DNA of 64,000 nucleotides from Eledone cirrhosa (lineage: Eukaryota): NCBI GenBank assembly GCA_964016885.1, contig OZ024742.1, forward strand, positions 288,424,001 to 288,488,000. The letters are read 5' to 3'. Numbering within the stretch: position 1 is the stretch's first letter; every line of letters starts with the position of its first letter. Of this stretch, positions 38,242 to 50,640 are shown piece after piece. Position numbers and translations under genes: made by a program. Under the pieces are notes generated by a model. It worked only from the letters and a program-made list of their open reading frames with translations, made no database searches and was not told the DNA's origin.

Positions 38242-39838
38242 CAGTGGTACCTTGACTTATGAGTGTCCCAACTAACGAGTTTTTCGAGATACGAGCCGTC
38301 ACTCGGTCGGTATTTTGCTTTGAATTGCGAGCTAAGATTCGGGTTACGAGCCAGCTTCAGATACCCCACTGCTAGTTGGTGTAGTGAACGCCACAGTCAA
38401 CGTCGTAACATCCGCCCAGCATCCCATGGGTCCGAAGAAATTGAGCACAAAGGACAGTGCTGAGAAGAAGCGGATGATGTGCATTGAATAAAGAAAGAAA
38501 TTATCGAAAAACATGACCAAGGTGTGCGTGTAGTCGACTTGGCGAAGCAGTACGAGCGTAGAACTTCTACGATCTGCACCATACTGAAGCAGAAGGAGTC
38601 GATAAAGGCTATGACGCCAGCCAAGGGTGTTAAAATAATTTCTAAACAGCGTACATCTATGCATGAAAACATGGAAAAGCTGCTGAGTGTGGTTGACGGA
38701 GAAGCAGCTCGCAAGAGATACCGTGACGGAGGCTATAATCTGCGAGAAGGCACGAGCTATTTACGCTGATTTGCTGCAGCAGACCCCAGGCACTTCGACG
38801 GTCGAGGCATCGGGCGAGCCGTTTAAAGCCAGTCGGGGCTGGTTCGAGAATTTTAAAAAGAGGACCGGCATTCACTCCGTTTTCAGGCATGGTGAGGCAG
38901 CGAGCGGGGATATGAAGGCAGCTGAGGATTACCTGAAAACCTTTGCCGGAATTATAGCAGCCGAAGAATACATGCCCCAGCAAGTCTTCAACTGTGACGA
39001 GACAGGACTTTTTTGGAAGAAGATGCCAAGGAGGACTTATATAACGGCAGAGAAGAAACTGTGGCCTGAGGTTGTATCTAAAATAGACTTTGAAAGACTC
39101 GAACCCGAAGCGGCAGTGGTACAGAAGATTGTATCCCTCGGCAAGTCCATGGGCCTGGACATGGATGAAGGTGACATCAACGAGCTCATCGAAGAGCACT
39201 CCGAGGAACTGACAACGGAGGAGCTACAGACGCAGCAGCATACAGAGGTTTTGCAGGAAATAGGTGACACGGACGAGGTTATCTCTACAAGTGAGATAAA
39301 GGAAATATTGGGAATATGGGAGAAACTTTCAGACTTTATTCAAAAGAAACACCCAGAATAAGTTGCGACGGCGCTATTTAACGACACTTGCCTAACTCAT
39401 TTCAGAAACATTCTGAAGGGGAGGATGAAACAAACTTCATTGGACAGGTTTTTATCGAAAATTCCTGCAGATAAAAGTGAGGAAAGCGTGGCGAAAAGGA
39501 CAAAAATTTGCGAATAAGATTCCGTTATTCAGTTCAGCCTTTCTCCTCCATCTTCAAGTCGTCTGATCTCCAAGGTACATTATACTTAATAAAACCAGTT
39601 TATTGCAGTACATTCTATTGTATTGTTGTTGTTTTTTTTATACAATATTCGTTATTTCTAAGTACATTTTTCTTATTTTAAAGAGACGTAACAAAAAAAA
39701 AAAAAGTGCGGTGTTTTTTGGGGGGACCCGGAAAAGATTAATGGCATTTCAATGGGGAAAATTGATTTGACATACGATTAATTTGAGTTACGAGCTCTCT
39801 CGCGGAACGAATTAAACTCGTAAGTCCAGGTACCACTG
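38242..39838 (+). mobile_element. Tigger/pogo DNA transposon, internally deleted
   Basis: TIRs CAGTGGTACCTTGACTTA / TAAGTCCAGGTACCACTG, TA TSD; CENP-B-type HTH (FKASRGWFENFKKR), HGEAAS and FNCDETGLFWKKMP motifs; DDE core lost at YITAEKK|LWPE. Confidence 0.95.
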
Positions 39839-40489
39839 TATATATACATATATGTGGTGCTATTAAGTTAGACATGGCCTGGGCCAAAACCTATCAAAGT
39901 TATATCCGATGATGTTGACGGACGCTAGAATGAGTACTCAATACCGAAGTAGAGTTTAAGAATATTCTTTATTGCTGAGTAGTGAGACTTGCTACTCTAG
40001 AGTTCCACTTGTCTACTCACAGGTGGAACTCCAGAGTAGCAAACTCACTTAGCTATAATAAAGAATATATATACACACACACACACGTGTGTGTGTGTGT
40101 AACAGACTTTTGCAGTTTTCGTCTCCCAAATTTCGCTCACAAGACATAGGTCAACCTGTTTTTATTGTTTTATTGGTGTTCTAAGTTATGGTGGTGGTGA
40201 AGTTAAGCTGTTGATTTCTACTTTGTTTTGACCTGGTCAAGATCAACCAAGAAATCTATAAATAGACTGTGGTTTGTCAAGTTATTTTGGCAGGAGTTGG
40301 GTGATACTATTTCTTGTACAACTATTTTTAAAACCGATCCATTCAAGAAAGACATTTTTTCCAGGTGACTAGCAATTGCCTCATTCAAATGATGGCACAC
40401 AATCTGCAACTGAAGTCACCAAAGTAAAAAAATGCTTTTACATAAAATCACTGACAACAAAACCATGTTTAGACTCGGCAAGATGGAAT

Positions 40490-42435
40490 AATGATAATAA
40501 TAACAATGATAATTTCTTTATTAACCACAAAGGGTTCACATGAAGAAATCACTAAGGAAAGCATAGAACAAAACATTGAGTGTGGGGTGTAAACAGGAGA
40601 GAAAATGAAAATAAAAAAAAGTAAAAATAAAATTATTACAAAGAATATTCCTGTTGTGAGGAAACATCCGAGGACCATTCATGAAAAAAAGCCACAGTTA
40701 CCTGATTGCTAAGGAGTGTGCCTTTTCCCAGATCTCCTGCTCTGATTTACAGGTGTACACTCAGGGCAGGTCCATTTACTTGGACCATGTTCGCCACTTT
40801 CATCCACCTTTCAACAAAATGGCTGGAAGGCAGCACTTCTTTTCAAGAAGAACTTGAAAAAATTAATAAGAGTTCGATCAAAGAGGAAGGAATTTTAGTT
40901 ACATCCACTATACAACCTCTTTCACCGCGGCCACCAAATATATAAAAATTGCCTGTCCTTTCCAGTTAAATGAAGGCAACAGAGCAATCTTCATAATGGA
41001 CGCAGCTGATAGACAGATTCGTTCTACATGTAACAGCAGTTGCTTAATATAAAATCCACAAAGCAGCAATGCTTGAACACTAAATGAATGTGTGCAAAAT
41101 AGTTTTGTTCCCCCACACACATCTCAGACAGTCCTGGCTGATGGACTTCCATGCCTGTAGGGTTTATCTTTAACTGGCATTGCTCCTTTGTAACACTTGA
41201 CAAGCTAGGGACTTCTGGAAGTTATCCATGGGCCCTGAACTAGAAGTCCTCTGGAGAAGATTGACTAGTTGATTTTTGTTGGTGCCCAAAGTCTTCCCAA
41301 GAACATTGTCGCTTTTACCCACCACTAACCCTCTATAGAATGCTATGGTTGAATTTCCACTGATTGTACTTCTCAATAGGTAGAGGGCTGTGAGTACTTG
41401 AAGACATTCCAGTTGCCAAGTGCTCTCTCTTAGTCTTTGCTCGACCAAAGATTGTAGATCTGTCAAGGAGACAAGCTGGAGAAACAGACATCTAGTAAAT
41501 GGTAACCACACCTGTTCCCTGAAAGTTGCAGATGTATCCTCAGCACATGTGTGCACATTATCAACCACAGCTTGCCCAGTCCTCCATGCAGCGGGTGTTG
41601 ACAGCAAATGAACTGCATAACCAACAGAATGGATTCTTTCCACAAATATTGAAAGAGCAGATGCTCTAATACTGTCTGACATGGACTGGGGCAAGGCACG
41701 GTGGTCAGGTGGTAGTAGATGACAGATTCTAAGAATGCATTCACCACCTTTGGCCAACCTTTCAGGGATAGTTTCCTCTTTCTTGGCCCATTTCTGGGTG
41801 AGAATCACCTTCCTGCTCATTACTTCATCCAGTTTAGCCGGTTCATAACATTCAATGATGCTGCTGGAGAGCATGAACCTACCTCTCCAGGTGCCAAGTT
41901 GCAGGCCCATCTAGTTTTCTTGGTTAATTTTCATTTTGTCATCACCTCGAACACCCTTAGAGGGTGCTGACCACTTCTTCAATGTGTTTGATGCTCGGTA
42001 ACATTATGATGGGTGCAGGATGCCCCTTAACATCTTCAATTTCTGCAGTTGTGGCTCTAGAGTCAGTACATACAACAGAGATGAGATGGGGCATTACTGT
42101 TGACAGAGTGCAAGATATTGAGCATTTCTGATAGATGACTACAGAGTAAATGTAACTGTGACTAACTTTCAGATGTCACTGTACGTTGCAGTGATCCATC
42201 TGTTGAAAACAGATCTGAAACTAACTGCCATGAACCAATGGTCAACATTATTGAAAGCTTCTAAGTTTATCAGAGCCCAACCATGGCAGGTTCCAATAAT
42301 GTAAAGTATAAATTTGAGGTTGTGAATAGATCTGTTCAGAATGACACATGTTTGTGCCTCCCTTGCCAGACCATCGACAACAATTACTAATCTCATTGCT
42401 AACACCTTGGTCAAAATTTTGAACCCTGCATTTAT
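40490..42435 (-). mobile_element. Decayed L1/Tx1-clade LINE 3' portion
   Basis: RT remnants (FKILTKVLAMRL...QTC...RSIHNL...EAFNNVDH) and an AATAAAGAAA-(ATT)n-like 3' end; boundaries approximate. Confidence 0.7.
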
Positions 42436-44080
42436 CAGAGATCTAAGTCTAAATTCTGTCTTAAGCCAGAAGGCTCGTTAGGCTGGTGCTGATCCTGGTT
42501 TCATGGTGTGAAATGAGTGTGTGTACAAAACTTCCTCCTGGACATGGCACCAATCCATCATAGGGTTAACCCTCCCAGCTATTCCTGGTATTCATTTTCA
42601 GCTAAGTATACTGGAGCAACGTGAAATGAAGTGTTTAGCTTGAGAACACAACACAACCCAGCCCAGGAATTTAACTCATGACATTATGCTCGTAAGTCCA
42701 AGACTCTGCTAGTCTTCATCATCATCATCATCGTTTAACGTCTAACTTCCACGCTAGCATGGGTTAGACAGTAATAGTCTCACTTGAGACAAGATTGATT
42801 GGGTGACCGTGTCTCGCTCGTAGAGAACTGTATCTGGCAAGTTTTCGACGGCTGGATGCCCTGCCTAACACCAACCATATTTACAGTGTGGACTGGGAGC
42901 CTTTTTACCTATTACACATCCAACAGAGCATATATGCTTCGTTCCTTTCCAATCTGTGCAGGTCCTCTGCATACAATGCCCATGTCTCACTGCCATGTAA
43001 CATTGCTGTTCGTATGCAGGCATCATACAGCCTGCCTTTCATTTTTAGAGCGAACCCTTTAGCGGCTAATAGTGGTATAAGCTCTCTGAACTTTTTCCAT
43101 CCCGTTCTGACTCTAGCTACTGTACTTTCAGAGCAACCTCTACAACTGCTGATTTTGTCACCCAGGTAACGGAAAGTGTCCACTATTTCTATAGAACCAT
43201 CTGGGCAGTGGAAGGAGCTAGTATCCTGTGGGCAATTGCTACTTTTTGCACCTGAGCATCAGCCACATATAAAATCTACATTCTTAGACAGCTTGCCTGT
43301 GATCCCACTACATCTTTTATGTACCCATAGTTTGCATTTGAGGCATAGAATGAATTTCTACTTACTCCTTTCTTACACACTGAGCATGGCCATTTCCCAG
43401 AGGGCATCAGTGCCCTATTTTCCTTTCTACAAACTAGAACTTTAGTCTTAGACAAGTTAACTTTAAGGCCTTTTGATTCTAGGCCATGCTTCCATGTTTG
43501 GAATTTCTTCTCTAGTTCAGCCATAGATTCAGCTATGAGAGTTAAATCATCTGCATATAGAAGTTCCCATGGGCAGCCAGTCTTAAACCCCTCTGTTATC
43601 GCCTGAAGGGCAATAATAAACAGGAGGGGGCTAAGGATGGAGCCTTGATGAACAGCTACTTTTACGCTAAATTCTTCACTATATTCATTGTTAATTCTAA
43701 CCTTGCTGACTGTTTCTTTATACATGGCTTGTATAGCTCTCACAAGCCATTCATTTACTCCTAGTTTTCTATGGGCCCATAAGATAATGGAGCGGGGGGG
43801 GGGGCACTCTGTCAAAGGCTTTCTCCAAGTCAACAAAAGCTAAGTAGAGGGGTTTACTTTTAGCTAGGTACTTCTATAGTTGCCATACAAGGAAAAGAGC
43901 ATTTGTGGTACCTTTACCTAGCACAAACCCAAACTGCATTTCATCTAGATCAATTCGGTCTCTGATTAGTTGTGCAATAACTCTTTCTGTGACCTTCGAC
44001 CTGATCAACTAACTTAATGCCTCTATAGTTTCTTCTATCTTGACTCTAGATAGTCTGCCCTAAATCGATCCAATAGAGTC

Positions 44081-46277
44081 TATAGCGAGATTACTGGTTG
44101 TATGAATGTAACAAAACGAGACAATGTTTGTGTATATAATATTTAATTAACGGTAGATAGAATACTTGACATGTCAAAGATAGATGTTAGAATGAAACAA
44201 AGTTAGTAGTTACCGTTTTGATTGCCAGGCAAACGCGGCTGGCAGAGGGCGCCTGGCTAAGGCCAGGCGCCTGTTGGCCAAATTAATGGCAGAGCCAAAT
44301 GAGAAGACTCTTGACCTGGTGCCGAAAAGGCAAAGAGAGGGAGGAAGCTTAAAGTTGTTAGTTTTATAGGGCTCTGACCGGAAGTTGCAGAAAGGGTTCC
44401 ACTTCCCGTCTAGATCCTAATCAAAACAAGGGAGACAACCGCTACATAACCTCCCGCCAGAATTTTAGTGTATAAAAATCGAAATGAAAATATGTAGCAA
44501 GTTGGCGAGAATGTTGTAACAGGCATGAAAATTACGACAAAAGAATGTTTGGAAAAATCAATGATAGATATCAAGGTAGCCAACCGCTCTTGGCCAGAGA
44601 ACGACTGGACATCCATCTATCCATCACCCAAAGATACAATGTAATAAAGTAAAAGTAATAGAAGAGCTCAAAGTTCAAAATATAGTTCACAGGTGTGCAA
44701 TCACATGACAGCTGGAAAGAAAGTGTGTTCCAGAGAATGAATGCAGGTGGTTTCTGTTCTGTGGTATATCGTGAAATTTCCAACCTCCGAATGGATTTTC
44801 TCACAGGAAGAGTGCTGCAAAAATAAATTCTCTGGCTTTGGTGAAGCTGTGTTGATGTATAGCTGTTGCTGTTATATTGCTGTTGCTGCTGCTGTTGTCT
44901 CGCTGAGTGTGAGTGAGCGTATTCGGTGTTTAAATTCACAGTAAAAAAATTTTTTTTTAGAAAAAAATGAGTTGCGCAAAGTGCTAGAAATAGCAGCCGA
45001 AGTTGATGGTCGATGTTGAGAATGCGTTGACCTGGAAGGGTCAAGAGGCCAGCGACCAGAGAAATAAGCATTCTTAATAAATGCGCGGTTATCAACGGTA
45101 AATTTACATTGTAAATTTATAAACCGGCAAATAGAAGAATATAGCTTAAGGCTGAAGAATCCCTGGTAATAAATGGCGTGCGGCTGTCTGTGAGTAGAGA
45201 CATCTCAGTGAATCGAGAATTTATGCTGCCTACACGTGCCAATACAAGGTTGAAAAAAAAATATTTCTAACGCGCGAGAAAATGATAGTGCAATTTTGAA
45301 AGTGACAATGATGAAAAAGAAAGGCTTCAATCAGCATAATTATAGGTGTGAACCTTGGAAAAAAACAAAAAACTTGAACGATGAAGAAAACGAAGAACAA
45401 AAGGCAATGGTTCATCGAAAATAAATGTTCCTGTTGAAATGTTTTTTAAAGAATATCAAATTTCTTTTTTTTTTTTTGTGTTTTGAAAGAGTTCGTTGTA
45501 AGAAACGAGAAACATATATATATATATCGTGAAATGTTTTTTTTGTTTTGAAAGTGTTCGTTGTAAGAAACGCGAAACATATATATATATTGGTGAAATG
45601 CGACAGTTAATTGATGCGTGAGAGAAAAAGTATGTCTGTGCGAATTCCACATGTGCGTGTGTGCGTGTCCTTGAGTATTTTCATAGTTTGTCGCTAAATT
45701 TGCTGTGTATTCGTAATGTTACTCACAAAACCAGATGTGCTATTTTTTTCTTTTTTTGGGGGTGACCACTTATAGCGATGAACGGCTGCGTGTTCGTATC
45801 ACGTCAGGGTCACCAATATAGCGAGATTAAAGTGTTCGTTGTAAGATTTTTTGGGGGTGACCACTTATAGCGATGAACGGCTGCGTGTTCGTATCACGTC
45901 GGGGTCACCAATATAGCGAGATTACTGATTGTATGAATGTAACAAAACGAGACAATGTTTGTGTATATAATATTTAATTAACGGTAGATAGAATACTTGA
46001 CATGTCAAAGATAGATGTTAGAATGAAACAAAGTTAGTAGTTACCGTTTTGATTGCCAGGCAAACGCGGCTGGCAGAGGGCGCCTGGCTAAGGCCAGGCG
46101 CCTGTTGGCCAAATTAATGGCAGAGCCAAATGAGAAGACTCTTGACCTGGTGCCGAAAAGGCAAAGACAGGGAGGAAGCTTAAAGTTGTTAGTTTTATAG
46201 GGCTCTGACCGGAAGTTGCAGAAAGGGTTCCACTTCCCGTCTAGATCCTAATCAAAACAAGGGAGACAACCGCTACA
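44081..46277 (-). mobile_element. Young non-autonomous LTR retroelement 2 (Gypsy-dependent by inference)
   Basis: 366-bp LTRs at 44081-44446 and 45912-46277 with 2 differences by eye; AGTC TSD; tRNA-Trp PBS TGGTGACCCCGACGTGAT; PPT GGCGGGAGGTTA; TATAAAA and ATTAAA in the LTR; no pol. Confidence 0.93.
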
Positions 46278-47069
46278 AGTCTATTGGATCGATTTGGGGC
46301 AGACTATCTTTTTCCCATTTATTCTCCTCATTTAGTAGTCTCTCGTAGTGACACTTCCAAACTCCCTTCTTATCAGTATCAGTGAGGGCAAGTACACCAT
46401 CATCATTACAGACATACTTCTCCCCAACAATATCATGGTTTTCCTTGACACATTGTCTTGTGATCCTGAACACCTCATATTTTTGGTTCCCATGTTGTAG
46501 AACATGCTTGAACCTTCTATCCTCTGCTTCTCCACTTGCAATGTACACTTGTCTCCTAGCCACCTGATAGTGTTCTCTACTTCCCCCATCCTGCCATACT
46601 TTCCATGCCTGATTTTTAGCGCACCTTACTGTTCCACCACCAAATTACTCTCTTCCTACCAATAGGTCTGCTCCAGCCACAGATTTCATCCGTCACCTTC
46701 AGCAGGTTAACTTTCAAGAATTCCCACTCTTCCTCTATATTGTACATCTCTAATTGCTCTTCCTAACTGTCAAAAGCATTAAGTAATATACTTATAAATT
46801 TGTTACTGGCTGTGGGGTCCTTCAACTTCCATATTCTTCTTCTCAGGGTAGTCCTTCTCTGTCGTTGAGTACGTCTAGTCCTGGCTATGAGGTCACTAAC
46901 TATTAGGCTATGTTGGGAGGTGCATTCTTCACGGGGGAGGGACTTAGTGTTTACAACAGACACTCTGTCATGTCTTCTAGTAAGGATATAATCTACCTGG
47001 CTGGCGTGTTCCCCTGATCTATAGGTGATCAAGTGATTGTCTCGTTTTTTGAAGCTTGTGTTACAGATA

Positions 47070-47136
47070 TGTTTCTTTATTAGCCACAGGGGCACAAAAG
47101 AAGGGGACAAATACAAAGCGGGAAGTTTACATACAA
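47070..47136 (-). mobile_element. 67-bp 5'-truncated LINE tail inside RTE-3
   Basis: TACAGATA TSD (47062-47069 and 47137-47144); AATAAAGAAA end resembles the L1/Tx1-like 3' end near 40515. Confidence 0.75.
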
Positions 47137-47438
47137 TACAGATAGTTAGGTTATTAGCATTACAGAATTCTGAAGCCTTCCTCATTTCTAGTACCAAACC
47201 CACAGCCTCAATGGATTCCGTCATAGCCATCACAATGTTGTCCAACATGACCATTTAGGTTGCCAGCAATAATTATATAGTCACTGTTGGTTATTTGGGA
47301 GATAGTGAGCATTAGCGACTCATAGAACCTGTCTTTTATAACGTCAGGTAGGCCAGATTGGGGTGCACAAGCGGATATTATTGTCACAGTTGTTCTATTT
47401 AGAACTAGTCTTATTTTAATTATTCTGTCGTTCACTCT

Positions 47439-50400
47439 CATCATCATCATCATCATCACCGTTTTACGTCCGTTCTTCCACGCTAGCATGGGTTAGACGG
47501 GTTGTCCTGTTGTGGGCAGTGTCTGGTCGGCTGACCATGCCTTGCTCATACAGGAACTGATCTGGCTTGATTTCTACAGCTGGATGCCCTTGCTAACACC
47601 AACCTCATTTACAGTGAGTGCTGGGTGCTTTTTCGTGGCGCCTACACGTCCACTTTACAGTGTGGGCTGGGTGCTTTTTTGCCGTGGCACCTCCACGACC
47701 ACCTTGCGGTGGGGGAGGGGGGGGGGGGGCATATTGTTTATATGCTTCAGCATGTACCCATGGGAGGTCGGGTACCCTGTATTACTGCGTGACGCCAGAA
47801 GTCACGGTCGTGTGTCATTGACTTTGAGAGGTGTAGTTGGGTAAGGTCGGCTTTTATCACCTCATCCCAAGTCATCTTGGGTCTCCCCACTCCGCGGTTT
47901 CCATTAACTTCTAGTGCTCTGCACCTTTTTATGCAGCTGTCATCCTTCATACGCATCACATGTCCATACCAGCGTAACCGCCTCTCCTGCACGCAGCATT
48001 TGATTCCTCTTATGCTCAGTCTCTCTCTCAATTCATTTATGCTTTGTCGTTCACGTATATTACTGTTACACATCCATCGGAGCATGCAGGCTTCGTTTCT
48101 CTCTAATCTACGTAAGTCTTCCACCTTCAGCGCCCAGGTCTCACTACCATGCAACATCGCTGTTCGGATACACGCATCATACAGTCTGCCTTTCATTCTG
48201 AGGGAGAAGCCTTTTGCAGCTAGCAGTGGTAGTAGTTCCCTAAACTTCTTCCATCCCGTTCTTACCCTAGTTATTGTACTTTCTGAGCACCCACCTCCGT
48301 TGCTAATTCGGTCACCTAGGTAGCAGAAGCTGTCTACTGTTTCTACAGGGCCCTCCCAGAGATTGGTGGTACTTGTTTCCTGTGGCTGTTTGCTTGCTGT
48401 TTCAGCACAGCTGCTGCATGTGAATCCTACATTCTTAATTAAGCTTCCTCAGATCCCGCTACATCTCTTGTGTACCCATTGTTTGCATTTGGGGCAAAGA
48501 ATGGAGTTCCTACCTACACCTTTCCTACATACTGAGCAAGGCCATTTCCCTGAGGGGATCTGGGTTCTGTTTTCTCGTCTACTTATAAGGACCTTAGTCT
48601 TTGTCATGTTGACTTTGAGGCCCTTTCTCTCTAGTCCCTGCTTCCAGGTTTGGAATTTATTCTCTAGTTCTACCATAGATTCAGCTATGAGTGCGAGGTC
48701 ATCAGCATACAGGAGTTCCCATGGGCATCCGGTCTTAAACTCCTCCGTTATTGCCTGCAGGACTATGATGAACAGGAGAGGGCTAAGAACAGAGCCCTGG
48801 TGGACCCCAACCTGTACGCTAAATTCCTCGCTATACTCATTGCCAATCCTAACTTTGCTGACTGCTCCCCTATACATGGCTTGTACCGCTTTCACAAGCC
48901 ATTCATCTACTCCTAGTTTTCTAAGAGCCCACCAGATTACTGCACGTGGAACTCTGTCAAAGGCTTTCTCAAGGTCGACAAATGCCAAGTAGAGTGGCTT
49001 ACTTTTAGCTAGGTACTTTTCCTGTAATTGCCTCACAAGGAAGAGGGCATCAGTGGTGCCTTTCCCTGGTACAAACCCAAATTGCATCTCGTCTATATTC
49101 ACCCGGTCCCTAATCAGCTGTGCTATAACTCTTTCTGTTACTTTCATGACCTGGTCCATCAACTTTATACCTCTATAGTTTCCTCTATCTAGTGCATCGC
49201 CTTTACCTTTGTAGCAGTTGACAATGATGCTACTGCACCAATCTTTTGGTATGGCCCCCTCTAGTATTACCTGGTTAACGATACGTGTGGTTATAGTGTG
49301 ACCTACAGACCCAGATGCCTTCAGCATCTCGGCAGCTATACCCGATGGACCGGTTGCCTTCCCTATCTTCATATCTCTGATTGCCTTACTTACTACGCTG
49401 CCGCTGACTTGTACTGCTGGTCCCTCTATAGGGTCTACGTGGGGTAGGGTCTCTTCTTCCCATGCATTCTCCTCATTTAGTAATCTATCATAATGACTCT
49501 TCCATGCATCTTTCTTCTCAGCACTTGTGAGGGCAAGCTCACCCTTATCATTCCGGATACACTTCTCTCCAATGACATCACAACTATCTCTGACACACTG
49601 CCTCGCAATCTTGAATACCTCCTGTTTCTGGTCCTCACGTTGTAAAACATGCTTGAATTTTCTATCCTCTGCTTCCCTCCTAGCTAAGTATACTTGTCGC
49701 CTAGCTTCCCTCTTGGTCTCTATGTAATGTACCCTGCTCCCCCCGTTCTTCCATTCTTTCCATGCCTGTCTCTTGGCCTTGACTGCTTCATCTACCTTAT
49801 TGTTCCACCACCAAGTCACTCTCCTCCTGCTTGAGGTCTTACTCCAGCCACAAACCTCATCCGTCGCCTCTAGTAAGTTATTTTTTAGGAACTCCCAGTT
49901 CTCTTCTACGTTAAATGTCTCTATCTGTTCTTCTTTACTGTCGTAGGCGTTGAGTAAAATATCTTTAAATCTGTTACTGGTTGAGGGGACTTTCAGCTTC
50001 CAGATCTTTCTTCTCCAGGTTGGCCTCTGTTTCAGGGCTCGTCTAGTTCTGACCGTGAGGTCGCTGACAACTAAGCTATGTTGGGATGTACATTCCTCAC
50101 TAGGGAAGGCTTTTGTGTTTACGACCGTCCATCTGTCACGTCCTCTGATGAGGATAAAATCTAACTGACTAGAGTGCTCCCCTGATCTATAGGTGATCAG
50201 GTGGTTGTCGGGTTTTTTAAAGTTTGTGTTACATATCGACATGTCATTGGCGTCGCAGAATTCTAGAAGTCTGAATCCTTCCTCATTCCTTGTGCCAACT
50301 CCATGGCCTCCATGTACTCTATTGAAGCCGTCGCAGTGTTTACCTACGTGTCCGTTAAAATCTCCTGCAATGATTAGGAAGTCCTTGTCGTCTGTTAGAG

Positions 50401-50640
50401 CAGTAGTGTGTATTAGGGACTCGTAAAACCTATCCTTAAGTTCGTCTGGCAGCCCCGATTGGGGTGCGTAAGCTGATATTATTGTGGTAATTGTCTTATT
50501 CAGGACTAGTCTGAGTTTAATGATTCTTGCATTTACCCTGTACACTGAGATTACTTTATCTACCCACTTGTCAGCTAATAGTATACCTAGTATATATACT
50601 TTATCTACCCACTTGTCAGCTAATAGTATACCTAGTATAC
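47439..50640 (-). mobile_element. RTE LINE (RTE-4), 5'-truncated young copy
   Basis: 698-aa open APE-RT frame with intact YADD (48449-50545), C-terminal ORF 47747-48196, (GAT)n tail, CACTCT TSD. Confidence 0.95.

Noticed and set aside
41170-41910. 246-aa ORF as a host gene
   Set aside because: Lies within the decayed L1/Tx1-like LINE and has no splice structure or recognisable host domain.
44081-44446. LTR-retrozyme (hammerhead within the LTRs of elements 1 or 2)
   Set aside because: No CUGAnGA...GAAA core found by eye on either strand of these LTRs.
44571-45095. 174-aa ORF inside LTR element 2
   Set aside because: Non-ATG start, low complexity (poly-Q from a CAG tract) and no gag, protease or env motifs recognised.
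45784-45910. tRNA-Trp gene
   Set aside because: Only the 3' ~32 nt including CCA are present, adjacent to an LTR; this is a primer-binding site, not a gene.
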